Shown here one piece after another: positions 10,983 through 20,636 of a stretch of 64,000 nucleotides of DNA. The position numbers and the translations under genes were made by a program. Source of the DNA: an uncultured bacterium (GTDB taxonomy: Bacteria; SAR324; NAC60-12); NCBI GenBank assembly GCA_965662235.1, contig CBFIGY010000008.1, forward strand, positions 1-64,000, written 5' to 3'. Each line of letters starts with the position of its first letter. Position 1 is the stretch's first letter. The notes under the pieces were generated by a model. It searched no databases and was not told where the DNA came from. It worked only from the letters and a program-made list of their open reading frames with translations.

Positions 10983-11603
10983 CTACGCATGCACTACCGG
11001 CACCGGTGTCAGGGAACGGCGGCGCAGCCACCCGGCCACGCTGAAGCGGTGCCGCGTTGCAGGAAGCACCTCATGCTCCAAGACGTCGCTGCGGAAGACC
11101 ATCAGGGTGCCCATCTGTGGCAAAATCTCGGTCTCTCCCTCCTCCGGATAGAGGCGAAGCTGCCCACCTTCTTGGTCCGACCAGTCTTGATTGAGGTAGA
11201 GGACGCAGGAAATGGTCCGTTCAATCGAGTCCTGAAAGCGGTCCATGTGACGTCGGTAACGGGTGCCGGGAGGGTAGGTCGCGTAGTGCGCTTCAAAGTG
11301 CTCCAGTCCCAGAAAAAGCTCCCGGTTCAGCGACACCCGCAGCGCGTCAATCTGCTGCCAGTAACGCTCCTGAGCCGGACTGAGGGCTTCCGGACTCCAC
11401 CAATGCAGAAAGTCTCCGCGTGTCTGCGACCGCCGGATTTCTTGACGTCCCTGACCAATCCGGGCAGGCCGCAGTTTGCCCTCTTCCCAAAAAGTCAGGG
11501 CTTCCTGATGCAACGCTTCCAGAACGGGCGTCTCCAGAAACGGAGCCACCACGCCCCATCCGCGTTCTGCCAGGGCTTCCGCCAGCTCATAGTACGGTCC
11601 CAT
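10983..11603 (-). CDS. 2OG-Fe(II) oxygenase, PHD/EGLN-like prolyl hydroxylase family
   Basis: RGDFLHW; YRRHMD (HxD); SCVLYLNQDW; GGQLRL; HEVLPATRHRFSVAGW. Confidence 0.88.
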   Translation of the reverse strand: MGPYYELAEALAERGWGVVAPFLETPVLEALHQEALTFWEEGKLRPARIGQGRQEIRRSQTRGDFLHWWSPEALSPAQERYWQQIDALRVSLNRELFLGLEHFEAHYATYPPGTRYRRHMDRFQDSIERTISCVLYLNQDWSDQEGGQLRLYPEEGETEILPQMGTLMVFRSDVLEHEVLPATRHRFSVAGWLRRRSLTPVPVVHA

Positions 11604-11711
11604 AACCTTACCGGGAAAAAAGAAAACACGCCAAAAGTGCCGTGAATTCCCCGTGAAGATGCAGGTTCCGTGGGAAGTCCGTGCGTTGTTGTCAGTGAAG
11701 AGAAACCGCCC

Positions 11712-12974
11712 TCAGCGAGGTGCCGGAATGTCCGGAAGTCCTAGGCAGGGCGGGAGCTTGATGGAGCCGTCTGCCTGCTGACCATTTTCCATCAACGCAA
11801 TCAGGGTCCGAGAAACCGCAATTGCTGTCCCATTGAGCATGTGGACAAATTGATTTTTTCCGGTAGCGGCATCCTTGTAGCGGATGTTGAGGCGTCGGGA
11901 CTGGTAGTCGGTGCAGTTGGAGGTCGAGGTGATTTCCCCCCACTTCCCTCGTCCAGGCATCCACGCTTCTAGGTCGTACTTGCGGTAAGCCGGCCCACCT
12001 AGGTCACCGGTGCAGATGTCCAGCACTCGATACGGGATTCCCAGATCCTGATAGATGCGTTCCTCAATCTCCCGCATCTTCTCGTGCAGGGCCTCGGAGG
12101 CCTGCGGGTGGGTGAAGGCAAACATCTCGATCTTGGAAAACTGATGCACGCGGTAAAGGCCACGTGACTCTCGGCCAGCGGCACCCGCTTCCGTCCGGAA
12201 GCAGTGTGAGAATCCGGCGTAGAGCAGCGGCAGGTTTTCTTCCTGCAGGATCTGATCAGCGAGCAGTCCTCCCAGCGTAATTTCCGCTGTTGCAATCAGG
12301 GACAGATCCGAGTTTTCCACCGAATAAATCTGCGTGGAGTCCCCACGCGGATTGAAACCGATTCCCTGCAAAATGGACTGCCGGGCCATGTCCGGGGTCA
12401 TGAAGATCGTGAAGCCCTCTTCCCGGAGCAGGTTGAGCGCGTACTGAGCGAGGGCCAGCTCCAGAAACACGGCCTGGTTCTTCAGGTAGTAGAACTTCTG
12501 CCCGGCCACCTTGGCCCCGCCTTCAAAATCGACCAGATCCAAGGCCTCCATGAGATCCAGGTGGTCCTTGGGCTCAAAGTCAAACTGAGGCAGTGTGCCG
12601 ACAATGCGGAGCTCGCGGTTATCCTCTTCCGTCTGCCCAATCGGGACGTCCGGGTGCGTGAGGTTGGGGACCTGCATGAGCAGTTCCTGACGTTCGGCTT
12701 CTGCCACCTTGTAGGCTTCTTCGCGCTCCTGTTCCTGCGTCCGGAGCGTTTTGGCTTCTTCAATCAGCGGCTGCCGCTCTTCCTGGGGCATTGGCCCCTT
12801 CATCTGCGCGCTGATCTCATTGCGTCGCTGCCGAATGCTCTCGACCTCCACCTGAAGCTGCCGCACCTGTTCATCCAGCGCAAGCAGCTGGCTGATCTCA
12901 AGAGAAACGTTGCGGGCTTCACAGTTTTTTTGAATCGTGTCCGGTTCATTCCGGATGAGTTTGAGGTCCAGCAT
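11712..12974 (-). CDS. serS: serine--tRNA ligase
   Basis: Start MLDLKLIR; TAEITLGG; CFRTEAGAAG; RGLYRVHQFSKIEM; EITSTSNCTDYQSRRL. Confidence 0.97.
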   Translation of the reverse strand: MLDLKLIRNEPDTIQKNCEARNVSLEISQLLALDEQVRQLQVEVESIRQRRNEISAQMKGPMPQEERQPLIEEAKTLRTQEQEREEAYKVAEAERQELLMQVPNLTHPDVPIGQTEEDNRELRIVGTLPQFDFEPKDHLDLMEALDLVDFEGGAKVAGQKFYYLKNQAVFLELALAQYALNLLREEGFTIFMTPDMARQSILQGIGFNPRGDSTQIYSVENSDLSLIATAEITLGGLLADQILQEENLPLLYAGFSHCFRTEAGAAGRESRGLYRVHQFSKIEMFAFTHPQASEALHEKMREIEERIYQDLGIPYRVLDICTGDLGGPAYRKYDLEAWMPGRGKWGEITSTSNCTDYQSRRLNIRYKDAATGKNQFVHMLNGTAIAVSRTLIALMENGQQADGSIKLPPCLGLPDIPAPR

Positions 12975-12981
12975 GATGCAA

Positions 12982-14430
12982 TCAGAAAGGCCGTTGGTGG
13001 TAGTAGGAAAGGTGCTGCTGCAGTGCAGCGGTGGTGGAGAGCATCCGGGCGTCACTGAGGCGGGGCCCAATGAGCTGAACCCCCACCGGCAGGCCGGCAG
13101 CGGTGGGCTTTCCCGGAAGCGAGATGGCCGGGGCCTTGGTCAGGTTGGCCAGCACGCTGCACAGGTCGACTAGGTACATGGCCAGCGGGTCCTCCATCTT
13201 CTCTCCAAAGCGGAAGGCCGGTGTCGGCGAAACAGGTCCGAGGATGAAGTCGAATTCCTCAAACAGCTGCTGCGCCTGAGAGGCAATGTGGTTCCGGACC
13301 TGAGTGGCGCGTCCGTAGTACTGGTCGTAGTATCCGGAGCTGAGCACAAAGGTTCCAAGCATGATGCGGCGCTTGACTTCCGGACCAAAGCCCTCTTCCC
13401 GGGTGCTGGTGTACACCGACCGCAGCGAGTCGCCATGCTGCTTGCGGGCGCCGTAGCGGATGCCGTCGAAGCGTCCTAGGTTGGAGCTGGCCTCTGCAAA
13501 AGCGATGGTGTAGTACACCGGAATGATCGTGTCCAGAAAGTCCAGGTGCCGGTGCTCCACGGTGGCTCCGTGCTTCAGCAGCGTGGCCTCGGTTTCCTTG
13601 ACGGCAGCAATGACTTCTGGAGCAATCGCGTCTTCATTGAGGTACTGCGTGGGGAGGCAGAAGCGCAGCTGGCTCAGGTCCACGGGCTCCTGCGTAAACT
13701 CGGCCTGAACCGAGGTGCTGTCCCGGGGATCGTGTCCAGACACCACCGCATACACGAGCTGGCAGTCTTCTGCGCTAGGGGCCAGCACCCCGATTTGGTC
13801 CAGAGACGAACCATAGGCCACCAGTCCGTAGCGAGAGATGGTTCCGTAGGTGGGCTTGAATCCGGTCACACCACAGAAGGAAGCCGGCTGCCGAACGGAA
13901 CCTCCGGTGTCTGAGCCGAGGGCGGCCCAGGCCAGGCCAGCAGCCACCGATGCGGCGGCACCTCCGCTGCTGCCTCCGGGCACTCGCTCAGCGTCCCAGG
14001 GGTTGCGGCTGATGCCGTAGGCAGAGCTTTCGGTGGAGCCTCCCATGGCAAACTCGTCCATGTTGGTGAGGCCCACAATGAGGGCGTCTTCTGCCTGAAG
14101 GCGTTCCACGGCCGTCGCGGAGTAGGGAGAATGGTAGCCTTCGAGCAGCTTGGAACCACAGGTGATGTCCAGTTCCGGATCCTGAATGCAGATGCAGTCC
14201 TTGATGGAGATCGGGGCGCCGGCGAGCCGACCCACGGTTTCTCCTCGGGCCACACGAGCGTCAATGTCCCGGGCTTGTTCCAGCAACCGCTCTCGGGAAA
14301 CCAGCACCCGGTACGCCCGCAGCTCCGGGTTGGCTTGCTCAATGCGGTCGTAGACCTCATTCAGCACAGCTTCAGCGCTCCACTCGCCCGCCTGAATCTT
14401 CCGGACCTTCTCTGCTAGCGATTCCATCAT
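12982..14430 (-). CDS. gatA: Asp/Glu-tRNA amidotransferase subunit A
   Basis: NMDEFAMGGSTE; PGGSSGG; GSDTGGSVRQPA; EASSNLGRFDGIRYG; GFGPEVKRRIMLGTFVLSSGYYD. Confidence 0.95.
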   Translation of the reverse strand: MMESLAEKVRKIQAGEWSAEAVLNEVYDRIEQANPELRAYRVLVSRERLLEQARDIDARVARGETVGRLAGAPISIKDCICIQDPELDITCGSKLLEGYHSPYSATAVERLQAEDALIVGLTNMDEFAMGGSTESSAYGISRNPWDAERVPGGSSGGAAASVAAGLAWAALGSDTGGSVRQPASFCGVTGFKPTYGTISRYGLVAYGSSLDQIGVLAPSAEDCQLVYAVVSGHDPRDSTSVQAEFTQEPVDLSQLRFCLPTQYLNEDAIAPEVIAAVKETEATLLKHGATVEHRHLDFLDTIIPVYYTIAFAEASSNLGRFDGIRYGARKQHGDSLRSVYTSTREEGFGPEVKRRIMLGTFVLSSGYYDQYYGRATQVRNHIASQAQQLFEEFDFILGPVSPTPAFRFGEKMEDPLAMYLVDLCSVLANLTKAPAISLPGKPTAAGLPVGVQLIGPRLSDARMLSTTAALQQHLSYYHQRPF

Positions 14431-14714
14431 GCGGACGCCACTCCCTGCTCGCGTTCCAGCTCAACCACTAGGTCAATGTACTGCTGCTGTGCCGCTTCCG
14501 GGGCCAGCCCCTGCAGTCCACTCCAAGCGTCAAACTTGGCGCGGCCTTCAAAGTCAGCAAATCCGGGACGGGTTCCCTGGACGTCCCCTTCCAGTCCCTG
14601 CTTATAGAGGGCGTAGAGCTTCAGAAGCTGATCCGTAGCGGGGCGTTTGGGGAGCGTCTTGACCCGCTCCGAGGCCTCCTTAAAGTCGTCAACCAGAGCC
14701 ATGCGTTTATCCAA
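14427..14714 (-). CDS. acyl-CoA-binding protein (ACBP)
   Basis: LLKLYALYKQG...GD...RPGFADFEGRAKFDAW signature. Confidence 0.93.
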   Translation of the reverse strand: MDKRMALVDDFKEASERVKTLPKRPATDQLLKLYALYKQGLEGDVQGTRPGFADFEGRAKFDAWSGLQGLAPEAAQQQYIDLVVELEREQGVASA

Positions 14715-14767
14715 ATGAAGGTTTTTTGCAAAACGGTTAGTTTATAAAATCCCCTTGAAGGTTCAAT

Positions 14768-15874
14768 TCATTTTGCTGGACCATGCAGACGGGTGGGGAT
14801 TTCCGCCAAAATTTCCTCCTGATGCTGCCCACGGTCAGGAATGGGACGAGGGGTCCATTCGGGGGCATTGGAGAACCGAGGGGCCCGGGCCGTTTGCTGA
14901 AAGCCATGGGCGGTCACCCAAGTGCCACGGGCCTGATTCTGGGGGTGCTGGGCGGCTTCCTCTGGAGACAGCACCGGCATGACACAGGCGTCGAGTCCGG
15001 CGAAGAGTTCTTCCCAATTCTTCCGGGGGCGAGTGGCAAACAACTCCGCCAGTCGATCACTGAGCCGCGGCCAGAGGGATTCCCGGAACTGGTGCTGAAA
15101 CTCCTCGTCTTCCGCGAGCCCTAGGGTTTCCAGAAACAGTTGATAAAACTTGGGTTCTAGGCACTGGACACACATGAACCGGCCGTCCGCCGTTTGGTAG
15201 GTGCGGCTCCAGTGTGGGCCATCCAGCAGGCTCTTGCCCCGCTCTAGGGTGAACTGGCCGTTGACCTGCAGGGAGAGGAGCAGGTTGAGCATGTGGGAGG
15301 AACCGTCCAGAATGGCCGCGTCCACCACCGTCCCCTGCCCCGTCTGACGGGCCTGGAGGATTCCGGACAGGAGGCCGATCACGAGGTAGAGGGAGCCGCC
15401 ACCGACATCTCCTGCCAAGGTTGGAGGGGAAACGGGAGGCACTCCCGGAGGCGATGCCAGCGAAAGCGCCCCAGAAAGAGCGACAAAGTTCATGTCGTGC
15501 CCTGCCCGTTGCGCAAACGGCCCTTCCTGACCCCAACCCGTGAGGCGTCCGTAAACCAACTTGGGATTCAGACGAAGGCACTCGTCCGGACCCAGTCCCA
15601 GACGTTCCATCACCCCAGGCCGGAAGCCTTCGATGAGGCCGTCTGCTGTGGTCAGCAACGCCCGGAGGTGAGCCCGATCGTCCTCTTGCTTCAGGTCTAG
15701 GGCCAGGGAGCGTTTGCCCCGGTGGAGCAGGTTGTGTTCCGGAATTCCCGGAGTCGGTGCATGCTCTCGTCGCTGCACCAAAATCACATCGGCTCCCAGA
15801 TCCGCCAGCAGCATGCCGGCAAACGGTCCGGGACCAATTCCTTCAATTTCAACAATGCGAATGCCTGATAGCAT
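14768..15874 (-). CDS. CaiB/BaiF family III CoA-transferase (alpha-methylacyl-CoA racemase-like)
   Basis: GIGPGPFAGMLLADLGADV; EGFRPGVMERLGLGP; AGHDMNF; GDVGGG. Confidence 0.92.
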   Translation of the reverse strand: MLSGIRIVEIEGIGPGPFAGMLLADLGADVILVQRREHAPTPGIPEHNLLHRGKRSLALDLKQEDDRAHLRALLTTADGLIEGFRPGVMERLGLGPDECLRLNPKLVYGRLTGWGQEGPFAQRAGHDMNFVALSGALSLASPPGVPPVSPPTLAGDVGGGSLYLVIGLLSGILQARQTGQGTVVDAAILDGSSHMLNLLLSLQVNGQFTLERGKSLLDGPHWSRTYQTADGRFMCVQCLEPKFYQLFLETLGLAEDEEFQHQFRESLWPRLSDRLAELFATRPRKNWEELFAGLDACVMPVLSPEEAAQHPQNQARGTWVTAHGFQQTARAPRFSNAPEWTPRPIPDRGQHQEEILAEIPTRLHGPAK

Positions 15875-15988
15875 CTTCTCTTCTCAGTTACTGGCAACAA
15901 TTGGGGGGAATTTCTCAGTTTATCGCTCTCCCTTGGGGGAGGCAAACCAATACTCGCGGGCCTCCCGGGGAAGCGTTGGGGTGAGTTC

Positions 15989-16915
15989 ATGAAGGCCTCG
16001 GTCACGTCACATCTACCCTTGAAGCGTGGGGACGCAGTCGCGCTGGTGGCGACCAGCTCCCACCTCGTCTCAGGGACGGAGCCTCGGATTGCTGCGGCAG
16101 TGGCCTTGCTGGAGTCGTGGGGGCTGCGGGTGGTGCTGGCAGAAAATCTCCAGGCCCGGCACCTCTACCTCGCAGGGCAAGACGTGGTCCGGGCGCAGGA
16201 GTTTCAGCGGCTGTACCTTGACCCTGAAATCCGAGCCGTGTTCACCCTGAGGGGCGGATACGGCGCTGCCCGGATGCTTCCGTACCTCGATCCTGATCGT
16301 CTCCGGAAGCAGCAGAAGCCGGTGATCGGTTTCAGTGATGTCACCAGCCTCCTGGTTGCCCTGCAGCAGTGGTGTCAGATGGAGGTCCTGTATGGTCCCT
16401 GCCTGGCAACCGAGCAGTTTCTGGAAGCTCCAGAAGCCCCTGTGCTGCAGCAGACGCTCCGAAACTGGCTGTTTCAGGAGGAGCGTCCCGTCGCTTATCC
16501 GGTGGAGGCGTTCCGGGAGGGGCAGGCCACCGGGCATCTAGTGGGAGGCTGCCTGTCTCTGTTGGTGACCACGTTGGGAACCCCGTTGGAGGTCAACACC
16601 GAGGGCGCCCTGCTGTTTCTGGAGGAAGTTGGTGAAGCGCCTTACTGCATCGACCGCATGCTCACGCACCTCAAGACTGCCGGAAAGCTGCAGTCCATTC
16701 GGGGGTTGGTGTTCGGGCGCTTTCAGGACTGTGGGACGCCGGAGGCGTTGCAGTCCATGCTGGAAGATGTGCTGGCCGAGGTCCCCGGTCCGATTGGCTG
16801 GAATCTTCCTTGCGGGCACGGGCCGCTCAATCTGCCTCTGCCACTTGGGGCCATGGCGGAGCTCGACACCGTTCGGCAGGAGCTCCGTTTTCGACCGGAG
16901 GCGCCGTCTGCTTAG
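15989..16915 (+). CDS. ldcA: LD-carboxypeptidase (peptidase S66)
   Basis: RGGYGAARML; GFSDVT (Ser); LFLEEVGE (Glu); GHG (His). Confidence 0.88.
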   Translation: MKASVTSHLPLKRGDAVALVATSSHLVSGTEPRIAAAVALLESWGLRVVLAENLQARHLYLAGQDVVRAQEFQRLYLDPEIRAVFTLRGGYGAARMLPYLDPDRLRKQQKPVIGFSDVTSLLVALQQWCQMEVLYGPCLATEQFLEAPEAPVLQQTLRNWLFQEERPVAYPVEAFREGQATGHLVGGCLSLLVTTLGTPLEVNTEGALLFLEEVGEAPYCIDRMLTHLKTAGKLQSIRGLVFGRFQDCGTPEALQSMLEDVLAEVPGPIGWNLPCGHGPLNLPLPLGAMAELDTVRQELRFRPEAPSA

Positions 16916-17403
16916 CTGGAGAAGCGGCAGCTTTCTTGAAGAGCCGGGATCTGCTGAGGCAGCGCGAAGAAGGTGGAAGCGACCTGTTGGGGAGAACCTC
17001 CGGCAGGAAACAGCAGCGGGTGCTGCTCCTTGAGAGTCGCCTGGAGGAGTTGGCTGCCGGAAGGAGAGCACTGACTCAGCGAGGCGAGCGCCTGCAGATG
17101 GGGCCCAGCGCCTTGGGCGGCTTCTTCTTGAACCACGTCGAGGTTTTCTTCAAGAAAGTGCTCAATCTGAGCACGTCCGGGACGGTAGAAGTCGCTGGAG
17201 GGGTGCCCGTTTTCGCAGCCAGAGGTTTCGGAGGAGCGAGCCGCCGCCATGGTGGTTCCTGAGGGAAGGGACGTTGGAGCGGTGGTCAGGCCCCAGATGC
17301 TGTTGGCGTACGGGACCTTGGGGCAGCGGTGCCGGGCCTCAGCCGGGGAAGCGCTCCAAAGCCACACGCCCACCAAGGGGAGCCACAAGAAGCGCAGAGG
17401 CAT
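16912..17403 (-). CDS. DUF3015-like exported protein
   Basis: Signal peptide; SSETSGC; FLEENLDVVQEEAAQGAGPHLQALASLSQC. Confidence 0.65.
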   Translation of the reverse strand: MPLRFLWLPLVGVWLWSASPAEARHRCPKVPYANSIWGLTTAPTSLPSGTTMAAARSSETSGCENGHPSSDFYRPGRAQIEHFLEENLDVVQEEAAQGAGPHLQALASLSQCSPSGSQLLQATLKEQHPLLFPAGGSPQQVASTFFALPQQIPALQESCRFSS

Positions 17404-17415
17404 GGCAAAGCAGAA

Positions 17416-18183
17416 TCAGTGTTGAAGGATCTGGCTGAGGAACAGCTTGGTCCGGTCGTTTTGAGGGTCATTGAAGAACGCCTCTGGTTCATTCTGCTCG
17501 ATGATCTCGCCGCCGTCCATGAAAATCACCCGGTTGGCCACCGTCCGGGCAAATCCCATCTCGTGTGTCACCACCAGCATCGTCATCCCGGTGCCTGCCA
17601 GCTCAATCATGACGTCCAGCACCTCCTTGATCATCTCCGGATCCAGTGCCGAGGTGGGTTCATCAAAGAGCATGATGCGAGGGCTCATGCACAGGGAGCG
17701 GGCAATGGCGACCCGTTGTTGCTGTCCTCCGGAAAGTTGACCGGGGTACTTGTTGGCCTGATCAGGGATCTTGACGCGCTCCAAGTACTTCATCGCCGTC
17801 GCCTCGGCTTCCGCTTTGGGCTGCTTCCGGACCCAGATGGGAGCAAGGGTGCAGTTTTCCAAAACCGTCAGGTGAGGGAAGAGGTTGAAGTGCTGGAACA
17901 CCATGCCCACTTCTCGGCGGACCTGCTCAATGTGCTTGAGGTCGTTGGTCAGCTCAATGCCGTCTACCACAATCTTTCCCTCCTGATGCTCCTCAAGGCG
18001 GTTGATGCAGCGGATGAGCGTGGACTTTCCAGATCCAGACGGACCGCAGATGACGATCCGCTCCCCGGCGGTCACTTCCAGGTCCACATCCTTGAGGACG
18101 TGAAACTGGCCGTACCACTTGTTCATCTTCTGGATTTGAATGACAGGCTTGGCAGTCGGATCAACAGCAGGGGTCGCGGTCAT
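17416..18183 (-). CDS. aapP: general L-amino acid ABC transporter ATP-binding protein
   Basis: [33 protein letters not shown]; last gene of the aap operon. Confidence 0.92.
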   Translation of the reverse strand: MTATPAVDPTAKPVIQIQKMNKWYGQFHVLKDVDLEVTAGERIVICGPSGSGKSTLIRCINRLEEHQEGKIVVDGIELTNDLKHIEQVRREVGMVFQHFNLFPHLTVLENCTLAPIWVRKQPKAEAEATAMKYLERVKIPDQANKYPGQLSGGQQQRVAIARSLCMSPRIMLFDEPTSALDPEMIKEVLDVMIELAGTGMTMLVVTHEMGFARTVANRVIFMDGGEIIEQNEPEAFFNDPQNDRTKLFLSQILQH

Positions 18184-18241
18184 GACGGTTCAGTGATGAA
18201 TGGTGTCAATGAAAAAGAAAACAGCGTCCGGACGCAGCACA

Positions 18242-19372
18242 TCAGCGCTTGTGTCCGGTGTGCAACTTGGCCTCAATGTAACGGCTGTAACGCGACATGC
18301 CGTAACAGAAGACGAAGAAGGTCAGGGCCACAAAAACATAACCTGTGGACGGAACGCTCCGGATGCTCCAGTTCGGATCGGCAATGGCCGCGTTCACCAT
18401 GCCCAAAAGGTCCAGAAGCCCAATGATGAGCACCAGCGTGGTGTCCTTGAACAGGCCAATGAAGGTGTTGACGATTCCCGGAATCACCGCCTTGAGGGCC
18501 TGAGGCAAAATGATCAGCCGCATCGACTTCCAGTAGCTCAGCCCCAGTGCATCAGCCGCTTCATACTGCCCCTTGCCAAGGGACTGAAGCCCGCCCCGGA
18601 TGACCTCGGCCATGTACGCTGACGAGAACAGGGCCACACCAATCAGGGCCCGGAGCAGTTGGTCGAAGTTCAGGCCTGTCGGAAAGAACAGCGGCAGCAC
18701 GTAAGCCGCCATGAACAGCACCGTGATCAACGGAACGCCCCGCCAGAACTCAATGAAGACAATGCAGGTGGAGCGGATGATGGGCATGTTGGAACGACGG
18801 CCTAGGGCCAGCAAAATGCCCAACGGCAGCGAGGCGATGATGCCCAGCAGCGCGACCACAAGGGTCAGGATGAAACCGCCCCACTGGCTGGTTTCCACCA
18901 CGGCCAAGCCAAACAGGCCTCCATAAAGAATGGCCCAGGCCAGCAACGGAAAGGGCAGCATCATAAAACCGCCCACCCAACGACGTGCCGGAGCATTTTC
19001 CCACGCGGACCAGATGATGCCTCCGAAGAGGATCAATAGCACGAGGTCCACTCGCCAGCGTTCTTCCTTCTCGTAAAAGCCATAGACAAACTGGTCAAAT
19101 CGGGTGCCAACAAAGGTCCAGCAGGCGCCATCCGGATTGGCTCGGCAGGCTTCGTTGCCTCCGGTCCAGACGGCGTTGAAGACCAGCCAGCTCAGGGCGT
19201 CCCAGATCAACCAAAACCCCAACACGCCGAAGAAGATCGTCATCAGGGAGTTGAACAGGTTCGAGAAGAGGTTTTCCCGGATCCAGCCCACAACTCCCAC
19301 CGTAGAAGGTGGAGCAGGGCGGCTGGGGGTGCTCTCCTGACGGACGTATGCGATTGACGACGGATTGCTCAT
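18242..19372 (-). CDS. aapM: general L-amino acid ABC transporter permease
   Basis: GACWTFV; RGVPLITVLF; AEVIRGGLQSLGKGQYEAADALG. Confidence 0.92.
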   Translation of the reverse strand: MSNPSSIAYVRQESTPSRPAPPSTVGVVGWIRENLFSNLFNSLMTIFFGVLGFWLIWDALSWLVFNAVWTGGNEACRANPDGACWTFVGTRFDQFVYGFYEKEERWRVDLVLLILFGGIIWSAWENAPARRWVGGFMMLPFPLLAWAILYGGLFGLAVVETSQWGGFILTLVVALLGIIASLPLGILLALGRRSNMPIIRSTCIVFIEFWRGVPLITVLFMAAYVLPLFFPTGLNFDQLLRALIGVALFSSAYMAEVIRGGLQSLGKGQYEAADALGLSYWKSMRLIILPQALKAVIPGIVNTFIGLFKDTTLVLIIGLLDLLGMVNAAIADPNWSIRSVPSTGYVFVALTFFVFCYGMSRYSRYIEAKLHTGHKR

Positions 19373-19374
19373 GA

Positions 19375-20553
19375 TTAACGCTCCACCAAGGCCACACGGG
19401 AGTTAAACCAGTTCATGAAGGCTGAGGTCAGCAGGCTGAGGCTGAGGTACACCGACATGGTGATCGCCAGCGTTTCCAGCGCCTGACCGTTTTGGTTCAG
19501 GGCTGTGCCGGCAAAGGTCGCCACTAGGTCCGGGTAGGCAATGGCTGCAGCCAATGAGGAGTTCTTGGTCAGGTTGAGGTACTGGCTGGTCAGCGGCGGA
19601 ATGATGATGCGCATCGCCTGCGGAATAATCACGAGCCGCAGGGTCGGACTGCGGCGCAGCCCCAATGCGTGCGCGGCTTCTGTTTGGCCATGGCTGACCG
19701 CCTGAATGCCGGCCCGGACGATCTCTGCAATGAACGACGCCGTGTAGAGCACCAGCGACAGGGTGACGGCAATGAATTCCGGGATGATGGTGATTCCTCC
19801 GGACAGGTTGAAACGTCCCATCTCGGCTGGTGCATAGGAAATCGGAGAGCCGGAAAGGAGGAACACGAGCACCGGGAGTCCCACAATCAGTGCCAGCGCC
19901 GTCAGGCCCACCGGGAACTGTGCGCCAGTGGATTCCTGACGCTGCTTGGCCCAACGCTTGAGGACTAGGGTGACCAGAAGGCCGAATAAAAGAGCCCAAA
20001 CCGTCCAGCCGAATCCGTCCAGGAAGGTGTAATCTGGAATCGTGATTCCACGGTTTGAGATGCCAAAGTAGACTTCAGAGTTGCGTTCAAACACCTCTCG
20101 TGGTCCCGGAAGGGGCTTGAGCACGGCGGTGTACCAGAAGAGGATCTGGAGCAACAGGGGAACGTTTCGGAACATCTCCACATAGATGGTTGCCAAACGC
20201 GACACCACCCAGTTCGGGGAGAGGCGCATGACCCCAATGAGGAATCCGACAAAGGTGGCCAAGAAGATGCCTGTTCCTGCAACAAGGAGGGTATTGAGGA
20301 CCCCCACGAAGAACACGCGCCCATACGTGTCTCCAGGCTCATAGGGGATCAGCGACATGGTGATGCTGAACCCAGCCGTTTCTTCCAAAAAGCCAAATCC
20401 GGCCCGTATGTTCCGGGCTTCCATGTTGGCAATCGTGTTCTCAACCAGGCTCCAGCCCAAGTAAATCAGGAAGCCCGCCATCAGAAGCTGATAGAGGACG
20501 GCCCGGAACTGGGGGTCGTTGATCAGAGAAGGAGAGGAGTCTCGAGCAGGCAT
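19375..20553 (-). CDS. aapQ: general L-amino acid ABC transporter permease
   Basis: FRNVPLLLQILFWY; AEIVRAGIQAVSHGQTEAA; NLTKNSSLA. Confidence 0.92.
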   Translation of the reverse strand: MPARDSSPSLINDPQFRAVLYQLLMAGFLIYLGWSLVENTIANMEARNIRAGFGFLEETAGFSITMSLIPYEPGDTYGRVFFVGVLNTLLVAGTGIFLATFVGFLIGVMRLSPNWVVSRLATIYVEMFRNVPLLLQILFWYTAVLKPLPGPREVFERNSEVYFGISNRGITIPDYTFLDGFGWTVWALLFGLLVTLVLKRWAKQRQESTGAQFPVGLTALALIVGLPVLVFLLSGSPISYAPAEMGRFNLSGGITIIPEFIAVTLSLVLYTASFIAEIVRAGIQAVSHGQTEAAHALGLRRSPTLRLVIIPQAMRIIIPPLTSQYLNLTKNSSLAAAIAYPDLVATFAGTALNQNGQALETLAITMSVYLSLSLLTSAFMNWFNSRVALVER

Positions 20554-20592
20554 GAAGGCGTCGGTAGCTTGGTGAAATCAAGAAGGCGGGAA

Positions 20593-20614
20593 CCCGACCC
20601 CCTGAGGGGCCGGG
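20593..20614 (-). other. intercistronic stem-loop after the binding-protein gene aapJ
   Basis: Minus strand CCCGGCCCC-TCAG-GGGGTCGGG; position typical of an mRNA-stabilising hairpin in ABC operons. Confidence 0.55.
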
Positions 20615-20636
20615 ATTGATTTCTCGTGCCGATTGA

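Noticed and set aside
15935..15975. GGCAAACC suggesting a c-di-GMP-I riboswitch
   Set aside because: Lacks the GNRA-capped P2 and the GACGCAAAGC element; only a simple GGGAGGC/GCCTCCC stem.
17329..18426. 365-aa + strand ORF
   Set aside because: Antisense to aapP/aapM; a familiar shadow ORF of ABC ATPases.
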